DNA of 64,000 bases from Mesotaenium endlicherianum (lineage: Eukaryota), in assembly GCA_009602735.1 (NCBI GenBank), contig WELA01002099.1, forward strand, positions 152,535-216,534, in the 5' to 3' direction. A program made the translations under genes and the position numbers. Below, one piece after another: positions 36,608-47,952 of this stretch (the stretch's first letter is position 1; every line of letters begins with the position of its first letter). The notes below the pieces were generated by a model. It did not search any database. It was not told the DNA's origin and worked only from the letters and a program-made list of their open reading frames with translations.

Positions 36608-36979
36608 TCAGAGGCTCCTCTCACTTCAATTGTATATCTGCTCCAACACACTTCAGCCTGATGTCTATTAAGCCAGGACCTTCCTAGCGCGAGATCATAG
36701 AAGCCAGTGTTGAGTACCTCAAATGTAAGCGTTTCAGTTAGAATTGCAATGCCAGAACCTAACTGGACCTCCATGGGCTTGGTTGTAACTCCTCCCGGGA
36801 TACTTGAGGCATCTCCAAGGAATATTTTTCTATTCCCTTGGGTGACAGTGGGCAGCCATAGCCGCTTAACTAAGTCCTTATGCATGAAAGTATGTGACGC
36901 CCCTCCTTCAACAAATGCCCTCACCTTCCTACCTGTAATCATGCAATGCATTAGGATAGGGGGAACTGTCTTTTCCTTA

Positions 36980-37482
36980 TGTAGTGAAACAGATAGATAA
37001 AGTACTTAGTAAAACAGAATACTTTATCTATTCAAGACAAGGATCTTTGAACACAAGTGGTAGCTTCTTGAAAGAGAGATGGCTTCTTGAAAGTTAATAT
37101 ATTTCTGGATTTTGGCAAGTACAAGAGTGATTCTGGAATGTTTTTCTATGTTCTAGCTCTTGTTTATATACTTGCTACATAAGTAATTTCTAGGAAGGTG
37201 TATGTTGATGTGTTGGCACCCAACACATCCCAAAACTTGCCACCTCTTTCTAGAATAATGTACACATGTCCTTTTGACCTAAAAATGGCACATCTGACTT
37301 TTGCCACATGGAGTTCTTCTAGGTCTTTCCTCTAACTTCGAAAATGCCTTGGAAGGTTCAAAGGACATGAACCAAGTTACTAGAGTACCTATTCACACTT
37401 GACTCCACACCATACTACTTCAAATATATTTGAAAACATTAAAATATATGCAAACTAATGTATAATAACTCAAATCACTACA
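36980..37482 (-). mobile_element. Solo LTR, family C
   Basis: 503-bp reverse complement of the C LTR. Perfect TSD CCTTA. Confidence 0.95.
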
Positions 37483-39839
37483 CCTTACTTTCGCATTGTT
37501 CTCCTGACTTAGCAAAGAAATGTTGGACATCAGGTGGAACAAGACCATCTAAAGTGTGCATTCTCTGGAGATCTATATTGCTGATGGTCTCCTTTTCTTG
37601 TTTGTCAGGCATGCATAGTGAATGCAGCTCAACAAGACCCATAATACCAGCTACAAGGGCAACTAGCGACGACTCATTATCTCTAGCATCCTCACTGTCA
37701 GTAGACTGGATTTTTGACTGATGCTGTCTTTTATAGGCTGATCCTTTCTCTCAACCTTTTGAAGGTGCTTTCTAGGACACTGCTCTCTGTAGTGGCCCAA
37801 GTCCTAGCAATGGTAGCAAATAAATTATGCTGAGGCTGGTCTCGGCTTAGTCCTACCACCACCTCTTCCATAGCCACCTTGAGAGTATCCACTTTTCCCC
37901 GTAGACTGCATAGCATTATACACATACTCCTACTCATCACTTTGATCGTCCCTAGCCTGGTCTCCTTCAATTGCATTGTAGGAACCATGTGGCTTATTGA
38001 CAATCTTAGACACCAAAGCATTACTTTGGCGATTGTGATTGAACTCCTACTGATCCCAGGCATCAGCATTTTGGATCAAGTCATCCAATTTCTCATACTT
38101 CTTTTTAGCAAAATGACCTGAGACCTCGCGCTTCAAGCCATACTTGAAGCATGCTAACTTATAATAACGCTTCGGCAGTTCCGGCTGCTTCATCATGTTC
38201 TCGTGGAACTTCTGAGCAAATTCAGCAACTGAAGTGGTCTGCTTCAGTGTCAAGGAGATCATTGCATAGATAACTTTCTCCTGTTGATTGACAACATCAA
38301 ACTTATCCTGCAGTTTCTCGACAAATTCTACCCAAGTAGGGTCACCGAGTTGTTGAGCCTTACGCTCTCCTTCCCAATATACCCACAAGTCTGCTGCGCT
38401 GTCTTTCACTAGAGCACCGGTGTGCCTGACTTTCTTGTAGTCTTGCAGTTTTGGGTAATTCTCCAGCCACTGCTCAACATCAGCGAGAAACTTGATCAGG
38501 TAGTACTCTTTGTTTCCTTCAGGGTCATAGTTTTGAGGAGGTTTTGACTTAGGCTTACTCGGCCCTCTGTCACCACCATGGCAAGCCCAAACCTGTCGTC
38601 TTAGTTTCTAGTCGTACCCTGTTGTGGCACTCTGTTGATGCTAAGGGTGGGAATGGGTGGGATGGTAGGTGAGGGTCAGACTGTTAGGTGCTGCGGGAAG
38701 TGAGTTAGCTGGATCTCTTCTTCCGATCATGAGGTCGCTTTTGAGCTGCCATGGGACGCTCTCGAACTAACACGTGCCCAACGACCATTCCCATGTGCGC
38801 CTCGCCACCGCCGGTCGTGGGACACGTGCAGACCAGTTGACTTACCATAGCAACTACCGACCAGTACCGACCGCTAGTTAGGGGAGGGGGTGAGATGATA
38901 AGGCCGCATCACTACGGGCCAGCCCATATGTTAGGAAGTGTAGGTGAGTGCTATCCACACACTAGTATCATCTACTGCTCAATTCCTGTACTCTGATATC
39001 TAGAAAAGACGCGTTAATTCTCACGCGTCTTTTACGCTGTGCATGTTAGATTTGGCTCAAGCTAGGGCAAGATAGAGAGCAAGTTAGGTAGGAATCTGGT
39101 CATTTTTTGTCAAATTAACCCTGTTGTTAAGAGCCAAGCGGACGGTGACCGACACCTAGACGCTGATTCAAACGCAGATAAGGGTCTATTAGAAGTTGAA
39201 CCCCGCAATACCCAGCGGTTAGAAGAGGTGAGGACTTGGCTGGTAATAGACGAGATGACGTCAGAGATAGGAGGGGGTACACACCAGCTAATTTTTGGAA
39301 AACCAACAGGGATGACCTTGCATACCTTAAGATCACGACTGATGCTTCTTTTGCGGTGCTGCGTGCTCGCAGCAATCGGGTAACTCGAGACGATTTCTTC
39401 CTCATGTTGCCAAACTACCTCAGCGATGACGCTTTGACTCTCTGTGAGGACAACAAACCATTTTTATCCCAGTATCCCACCTGTTGGAGGTATCCCAATT
39501 CCCTCGGCAGTGCCAGCGGCAGGAGCAGTAGCTGCTGAGGGACAAGAGGAAGCCTTAGAAGGGGACGACAACAATGTAGCGGGAGGAGGTGGATTTTTTG
39601 TTACAGGAATTGGGGGAATAGGTGCTTTGGGCCCAGGAGCAGGTCATGGAGGAGATGATGCCAATGTAGGACCTGGTCCAGAGGAGCGCAGTCTACCGGC
39701 TTACGCTACGCCCGTCCAGATTGCCGCCGCTTGCGCCCTGGACATTCAGCAGCTGGATGCTCAACGCTGTCAGCGTCAAGCACTCATTGGAGTTCACGTT
39801 CCTCCATACCCACTCATGCCTGATGTTCCAGTTGATTGA

Positions 39840-42800
39840 TGAAATAAATCGACTTACCAAATAGGCGATTAACAATTAATAAAGATCTTTATATCAGCAA
39901 TTAATCTTTATGGATTTTCCGTTAATTGATTAAACGGCAAGAGGACAACACACTAGCAGTGAACAACAATTGTAAATCAAATGCAAGTAAACTAGCATCA
40001 ACAATGCAATCAGTAAACTCATGCATAAGCAAGGTTAGAAGACAGTGCGTATCAATGGCTTCTCGCCTTGGATTCAGATCTCTCTCAGTAAGCTGTACAA
40101 GAGAGTTGGCGTCGTTTCCGAATGCCGAACTCGAGAGCAATCCTTAGCATATGTACATGGAATGAGTTTACTGTTCAACGGTCAGTGCGATGGCACCGCC
40201 TACCCGGGAGTTAACCACATTGGTAGGACCTCGGTTAACCAAATCCACCGCCATCTCCCATCATCCCGAATCGCCATCCATCATAGGGATGTCATCTGGC
40301 CATTCATCTAGCATACCACACTTAGATGCATATCGAGGCAGTTCGCTGCTACCGAGTACGGAAGTCAGCTGGCTCTCAAAGAATGTGTCAGCAAGCTGAC
40401 TTAAGTTGACTTCAGCCTGCTACTTCCGGCCGAGTCATTAAACTGATATTAAATATGAAGTCCAGCAGACTGATTATTAACTAGAGTTCAGCAGGCTGAA
40501 CTTAATTAACTATTATATTTAAATGAATATTATATCAACTAATATACTGATTCATTACAATCCCTCCAACTTATCATGTTGTCGCCTCGACAACACTATC
40601 ACTAATAACAGCGTGCTGTCCCTTTTGTCCCCATCCTACTGCCATTAGGAGGGAGATGTCCCTGAGGCTCTATACTCAGGGGAGCCAAATCTCCTCCTGT
40701 CTTGGGGTCTTCTGAAGCCTGTCAGCGAGGGAGGTTCCGTGTAAGGACCCGGCGGAGAACGCAGTAACTGGGCTGTTTCCTCCTGCACAGTCTGAAACTG
40801 AAGGGAGGCAGCCTCCTCTTGGGCAGCCCTCAAACTGACAGGTACGTAAACCGGCATCCCAGAAGGATGTTGCATGACATGAGCCAAGGGTACATGCCCT
40901 CTCTGCGAGGGAGATGCTGGCAGGCCTCTGGCTATCTCCCGAGCAGCCCTCCTGTCTGCCCTGTCTGACTGGGTCACCTTGCCTGGAGATGGGGTCTGTC
41001 TTCTGGCAGTCCCCAGCCAAGTGATATCCTCCTCTTCAGCGAGCTGCTGCAGGGCCGACTCAGTCTTCTCCCTTACAGGGGATGTGGCAGGCGTCAGGAT
41101 CACGGCGGGGCTAGTGTCCTCCTCCTCGCCTTCCTCCTCGTCTTCCTCTGACTCCTCCTCCTCGCCGTCCCCGGGTTCCTCTGAGACTTCTGGGGTCTCC
41201 TCTGTCAGCTGCTCCAGCTCTTCCCGAAAAAAAGAATATCCTACTGACCTTCCTCTTTTGGGTGCTGGTGGGGGCTGCTGAGTCCGGACCGCATAGAGGT
41301 CCTTTTCCCCCTGCTTACTTGCCCATTTGGCATAAGTGTGCTTCCCTTTGGAGAACGAGTCTCGGGCCTTGCTCCTGTCCCCCTGCATTTCTTGGCTCAT
41401 GCAGTCTCTGACTCCATCCAATCTTGGGTCCCAAGCCGCAATGTGAGGGGGCAATACTATGTTCCCCTTTAGGTCTGTCAGGAAATCCTCATCCGTCGCC
41501 TTGTCATTCTGCTGGTCCCTCATGTTGATGGTCATCCACCGCCAATCAGTGGGCTTTTGGAAGAAGGCAGGGTCTGTCCTTTTAAGAGTACAAGGGTACC
41601 AGTGCCCTGCAAAGTCCAGCTGACTGGTTTCCCTGGCCAAGAATTCCCAGCTCCTTCTCTCCACCTCATTATACAGGGCCTTGAACCTGTTATGGGGTGT
41701 TGAGTCCTTGAAGCTGTCCGCGTCCATGGGGATCATCCTGATGACCCTATCTTCCCCCAAGATACCAGGAATCGAGACAGCCCCTGCTTCGTTCACCTGA
41801 GCCATTGCCTTGGCCTCTCTGACCGTATATCCTACCATCCTGGCGCAATCGTGGTAGAGGAGGAGCCCCGTGCTGACCTCTATATACTTGTCCTCAGCCT
41901 GGTCTCCTTTAATTGCATTGTAGGAACCGTGGGGCTTTTTGACAATCTTAGACACCAAAGCATTACGCTGGCGCTTGTGATTGAACTGCTGCTGATCCCA
42001 GGCATAAGGATCCTGGATCAAGTCAGCCAATTTCTCGTACTTCTTCTCAGCGAAATGACTAGAGACTTCGGATTTCAAGCCATACCTGAAGTATGCTATC
42101 CTATACCGTTCTGGCAAGTCTTGCTGCTTCATCATGTTCTCCTGGAACTTTTGAGCAAACTCAGCAACTGAAGTCGTCTGCTTCAGTGTCAGGGAGATCA
42201 TCGCGTAGATAGCTTTCTCCTGCTAGTTGATGACATCAAATTTCTCATGCAACTTATCGACAAACTCTGCCCACGTAGGGTCACCGAGTTGCCGAGCCTT
42301 ACGCGCTCCTTTCCAGTGAAGCCACCAGTCTGCGGCACTGCCTTTCAATAGCGCACCGGTGTGCCTGACCTTCTCGTAATCTTGCAGTTCTGGGTAGTTC
42401 TCCAGCCACTGCTCAACATCCGCGAGAAACTTGATCAGGTAATATTTTCTGTTTCCCTCAGGATCATATTCCTGGGGAGGTTTCGGCTTGGGCTTACTAG
42501 GCCCTCGGCCACCACCACCAGTGGTGTGAGACCCCAGTTGGTCTCTGTCCCGCAGTAGGGACATTATGATTCTTTTGTCCTCCTGCTGGGACTGATACAT
42601 GGTCGCCATTTGCGACTGCATCTGAACAAACAATGCTCCCAAGTCTACACTCTTGGGTGGTAGTCTAGCAAATGCAGCAGTAGCATTGGCATCTACTCGC
42701 TGAGTAGTGTCCTCAACTGTCCCTCTCGCTCCTGCAGCAGCAATTCCTGCCGCATTCAGCCGGTCACGTATTTGACCTAGGGGTACATTGAGTTGTACAG

Positions 42801-43885
42801 CAGGAGGTGGGTTCAGAACATTGGCCCTTGGTGCCATGAGTTCTTCATCAACGCGCTCGTCAGCTGGCTGTCTTTCCCTCCTTTCTGTATCTTCAACGGC
42901 CTTTGCTAATTGTTCAATTTCTAGTCTGGCTCTCTCCTCCTCAGCTTGCTGTGCTGCGACTGCGGCTATAGCAGCTGCCTCATCTGCAGCCTCTCTAGCT
43001 GCAGTATCTGCCACTGCTTCAGAATGGGTACGGGTTCTCGCTACATAACTTTCCGCCTGGTTTTTGACATTCTCGTTATCCTGGTTCTCCATGTCTCGGG
43101 AGTTGCTAGTTTGAGACCTTGTCCTTACCATACGAAGAAGACTGTGATAACTGCTCCGATACGACTGAAATAAATCGACTTACCAAATAGGCGATTAACA
43201 ATTAATAAAGATCTTTATATCAGCAAGTAATCTTTATGGATTTTCCGTTAATTGATTAAACGGCAAGAGGACAACACACTAGCAGTGAACAACAATTGTA
43301 AATCAAATGCAAGTAAACTAGCATCAACAATGCAATCAGTAAACTCATGCATAAGCAAGGCTAGAAGACAGTGCGTATCAATGGCTTCTCGCCTTGGATT
43401 CAGAGTTCTCTCAGTAAGCTGTACAAGAGAGTTGGCGTCGTTTCCGAATGCCGAAATTGAGAGCAATCCTTAGCATATGTACATGGAATGAGTTTACTGT
43501 TCAACGGTCAGTGCGATGGCACCGCCTACCCGGGAGTTAATCACGTTGGTAGGACCTCGGTTAACCAAATCCACCGCCATCTCCCATCATCCCGAATCGC
43601 CATCCATCATAGGGATGTCATCTGGCCATTCATCTAGCATACCACACTTAGATGCATATCGAGGCAGTTCGCTGCTACCGAGTACGGAAGTCAGCTGGCT
43701 GTCAAAGAATGTGTCAACAAGCTGACTTAAGTTGACTTCAGCCTGCTACTTCCGGCCGAGTCATGAAACTGATATTGAATATGAAGTCCAGCAGACTGAT
43801 TACTAACTAGAGTTCAGCAGGCTGAACTTAATTAACTATTATATTTAAATGAATATCATATCAACTAATATACTGATTCATTACA
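39840..43885 (-). mobile_element. Family A deletion derivative A2 (LTR, gag::ORF3, LTR; no pol)
   Basis: 720-bp LTRs at 39840-40559 and 43166-43885. Perfect TSD ATTGA. PBS variant TCGTATCGGAGC. Confidence 0.95.
40645..43131 (-). pseudogene. In-frame Gag::ORF3 fusion (828 codons) with one premature TAG at 42223-42225
   Basis: ORFs 42223-43131 and 40645-42201 share a frame, and the TAG corresponds to a CAG in A1. Junction GDQAED|KYIEVSTG at about 41890. Confidence 0.88.
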
Positions 43886-46521
43886 ATTGAGTGGCTGTTT
43901 TGTTAGAATTGCTTTAGACTGCATACCCATTAGACGTTGTTGCCCGTCAGGATGAAATCCGAGGCCTGGAGCACCAACCTGGAGAAACCCTATGATGCTC
44001 AGACACCGGTTTAGCAAACAAATTCAAAATACAGGTCTATTCTTAGGGGTGAATGATGCTTGCTTCCATTACATGCGAGGTATGCCAATCCTCCAGGATA
44101 AGCTGCAACAGCAATTTGCACTATCCGATCCAACTAAATGCACGTTGGTCCAAATCCGCGCATGGGCGAAACAACTAGAGATGGTGGCAGCAGCGATTGC
44201 CTCATGACGTCATTTCACTAGATCATTATCCTTGTCCGCTCATGTTGTTTTGGTACAGCCTACTCTGACTATCCTGATGGGAGCCGCTCCAGCTTCAGCA
44301 CCTAAGCGAGTTATTTGCGATCACTGCAAGCGACGAGGTCACTCTTTGCCAGACTGGTACCAGTTGTATCCGCACAAAGCCCCTGTCAGATGGGTCTACC
44401 GCGCGCCAAGGACAACTCTTACGTCGAGTGCTCCGGTTGTACCAGCTGCGGTCGCCCAGATGCCACCCCTACTACCACCACTCCAGGTCGGTTCTTCCTA
44501 CTTGGAAGGGGCACAAGGAGCAGGCCAAGCCGTCTAGCCAGCCGCTCCTGGTACAATGCCTGGTCCGGCCCACCCAGCCAACGAGTTCTACGTCCGGCAG
44601 CAGCTTGCAACTCTCGAGGCAAGTCTACAAGACATGCATTGGCGCGTTGGGTCCCAGCCGGATCCAGTCAGCTACGTGGGGCTCCACCCTCAGCCATGGG
44701 CATACCCAGATAGGCCCTTTCCATACCCTCGTCCACCCGACTTTGCATGCTGTGTGTCAGACGAAGTTGGTGCATCTGGTGGGGAGCCAGGGTTGGCTGT
44801 TCAAACTCGGCGAGTGTCTTGTGTAAAAACTAACGCGTCGATTTGGCCTACCCCGCTAGGTCCGGACCACGGACGTCCTCTGGGTAGGCCCACTCAACAG
44901 TTTTCTTGTTCTTTTGAGTATTTCGGTGCCGACATGGATCCGCCTTTGGTTGGTATCAGTGCTACGTCTCTCTCCATGCGCATGGGTGGGGGGAGCGCAG
45001 GTATCCTCCACATTACGCCAGTCAAATTTCCGGCAGCACAAGCCCATGCACATGCGATTTGTGATAGTCTATAAGCAAGTGCGTCGAACAAAAATTGCTC
45101 CTACCACCTTCCTACGCCCAGATGGTAGCAAACCTGTCCAAAGCATTCCTTGCCACAAGCTGCACCGATGTGGCACCTACTATGGCTACCATTTTGGTCC
45201 TCCAAATGGACTCGATTCCAATTTCCCTTTCTGATTACTCTGCTGATTCTTGGACAGCGACTGTTTCGTATGATATGCCCTACATCGTTACGTCTATTTT
45301 AAGGGAAGTGCGCTACGCTGCATTCACCATGGGGCTTCGCTCCGCTTACAATACACTACCTGGTCCTGTCACAAAAAGTACCGTGTCTCTTGCACCTCCA
45401 AAGGTGGTTGATCCACGTGTGCCGCCTGTCGTGCCTGCTAGCGCGTCCAAATCTTGATTCATTCCACCACCTCCAGATCAGCTGGTCACCCTGCTGGCGT
45501 TCCTCACTGCGTTGCCTGTTCTTTCTGTGGCTCAGTTAGTACAGGTGCAAGCCCACATCACTTGTGAGTTCGCCCGGCGCTATTTTGACGAAGCATCGAC
45601 TTCCTCGTCCATGCCTGAGCTCACCCGTACCAACACCGCAACTTTCAGATGGGGGAGGACGTCGACGCACCACGCGAGGAGAATGCTGCCGTCCTATCGT
45701 CGTTCCTGCTCGCTCAAGACATGACCGCCTTGTCAACCTCAATCGTCACCGCTCTCCCGCCTCTAGCTCTTCCTACCCCGGGTAAGCTTTCACTTGCCGC
45801 TCCCGCGTTCATGCCCACTTCTGGTTTGCAGGTTCCTTTCAAGTATGAGCCGACAACTTCTTTCCTCAGTCCAACAGCTCAACAGTCACCATTCCCACAA
45901 AACACCGTGCTAAACAACCGCCATGCGTGCTTTTTGATTGCGGGTCTAGCACCTCAAGTAGTTATCCTGAATATTGGGGCCCAACCGGTTTTGCTTGGGG
46001 CTGTCATGTGCAAGCACCCAGGTCTCTCTCCTGCTGATTTAGAACCTTGTCCAAATCCAGTTTCAACAGCCATGTCAGCTGATAACCATATTGCATTTCA
46101 AACGCGTAGACGCTTACCAATCACCCTTAATTCACACACCTCCGCCGCTGTCACCCTCTACGCCCAGTGTATGGTTACTAAATCTACTTCCTATGACGTC
46201 CTCCTTGGCCAAGAGTTCAACTTCCTCACGGGTCTTACATAGATTCGTGGCACGGATACTCTACATACCGCCTATCAAGCAGCAGAATTACACGTCTGAT
46301 ATCTCCCAATTATCTTCACTCATTCTAACTCTACCGTTCCTATCGCTTATACCGTCCACTCTGAACCTTCGTCAACTGCCACCCAAACCAAGATCAAGTT
46401 AGCTTCAGACCAGCCCATCGCTCCACTTGCTGGTTCCCCACTTCCTCCTCTGCCGCTTCCTCCCTCGTGCGCTCCAGCTCTCCACACCAGCCCTATTAGT
46501 TGGTCTTCCTCTCCCGCCGAT

Positions 46522-47480
46522 TTAGTCGTACTGGATCTCTTCGCAGGTCTGTCTACCGCCGTTGCAGCGTTGCTCCTGCTCCTCAGTGGCCATACCATCG
46601 CTCACTGTTATTATTGCGATAGCGATCCTCAAGCTCGCCTAGGTAGCTCCTTCCACCTCCAACAGCTCTCCCATCACTTCCCAACTTGGTTTCCTCCCTC
46701 CGCCTATACTACCGCTTATCAAGCTCTTCCCCAAGACATCCGTTTTATCCAATCCAACTACATTCTCGCTATAGGACCCGTCGACCTTCTCATTGGTGAT
46801 TGGGAGTGCCAGGGGCACTCACGTGCCGGTAAGGGTCTCGGCCTAGGGGACCCACGCTCCCAGTTATGCTTTGAACTAGTACAAGTCTTACATTGTATTC
46901 AGACCAGTCAGACCGTTCCTGTTGCCTACCTATTTGAGAATGTTTATTCCAAAGACGACCCTCGAGTAGCTGTATGCCACAACTTTCTCACCATTCTCTC
47001 CATTCTTGGGCCTTGTGTCGTGCTCAATGTCGCCGCCGTGGGGTCCTATGCCCATCATTCTTGCGCCTTTTGGCAAAAATTTGTCACTGACGAGATCTTA
47101 CGCGCTCCACTTCATCGTATTCACGCCGCCCCACCCAGTCTCCGCCTCGCAAATATTTTAGCACCTCACCGCTGCCCAACGGAAGTTCAAACAGCCAATC
47201 ACGCTTTGTTTTGTCGGGTTAATCTGCCAGGGTTTTTGCGTGCAGCATTTCCTACCCTAGTCAATCGACCTTCTTTGTATGGCTTTCGCAACTTCGGTCC
47301 CGGCATGTTGTTTGATGCTCTCACCAGCACTCACGTCAAACCCGATGCGTCCGAACGAGAGCGAGCTTTAGGTTTCTTGCCTAATGCCACTGCCTCCCCG
47401 CATCTCATCGACACCCGTTGCTGTTAGCTTCTAGGTCGAGTCATGGATATACACGCTCTTAGTTGGCTTTTCACTATCCT
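46522..47480 (+). pseudogene. C5 DNA cytosine methyltransferase domain embedded in retrotransposon pol
   Basis: Motif I VLDLFAG, III PQDIRFI, IV DLLIGDWECQGHS (Cys 46807-46809), VI YLFENV (ENV 46936-46944), VIII SYAHHSCAFW, IX ERERALGF, X *LLGRVMD, in canonical order. Confidence 0.88.
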
Positions 47481-47952
47481 CCCTGCTCTTAACTCTACCC
47501 AACCCCACTCTTTCCACATTATACATGCCTGTCACGCTAAGGTTTTTACTTGGGGGGGGGGTAGGTTTGTAGCTTCTAATTAGCAACTAGCGATTTCACC
47601 TTCGTCCTCACCCAACCCTGTCGCCCTCGTACCCACGTGGGATCTAGGGTCACAATTGACGAAGGATGAGGCCACCCAATTTCTCACCATGCTCACGCAC
47701 AAGGAGGATTGTTTTGCACGCACCATACTGGAGCTAGGGTTATGTACTATCTCTCAGATGACCATAGAATTCACTGTCATAGAGCCCATCTTTAAGCGCC
47801 CATACCAACACAGTATAGTAGAACGCAATATTATCGAGGCTAAATGCGCAAAATTGCTTCAAGCCGGGCTCATCGAAGAGTCTATGTTCGACTTTGCAGC
47901 CCCTACAGTTATGCCAGCTAAGAAAAATCTGGACGGGAACTATATTGAGAAA

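Larger units (their letters stand above)
8410..38578 (-). mobile_element. Old fragmented family A Gypsy (A0), outermost layer of the left nest
   Basis: Colinear decayed pieces: 8410-10104 (ORF3 remnant, chromodomain, integrase), 30109-31906 (IN/RNaseH/RT with an internal deletion), 36608-36979 (protease), 37483-38578 (gag). The pieces rejoin once B1, B2 and a solo C LTR are removed. No LTRs of its own are visible. Confidence 0.85.
38579..47952 (+). mobile_element. Family D Gypsy-like element (decayed): gag, protease, DNA cytosine methyltransferase, RT start; interrupted by A2
   Basis: Begins TG exactly where A0 gag stops. gag-like frame continues across the A2 TSD (..EIRGLEHQPGET). Knuckle CDHCKRRGHSLPDW at 44316. 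Protease-like VILNIGAQP at 45961. MTase motifs at 46522-47480. RT N-terminus PIFKRPY..LLQAGLIEES..APTVMPAKK. LTR limits unresolved. Confidence 0.8.
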
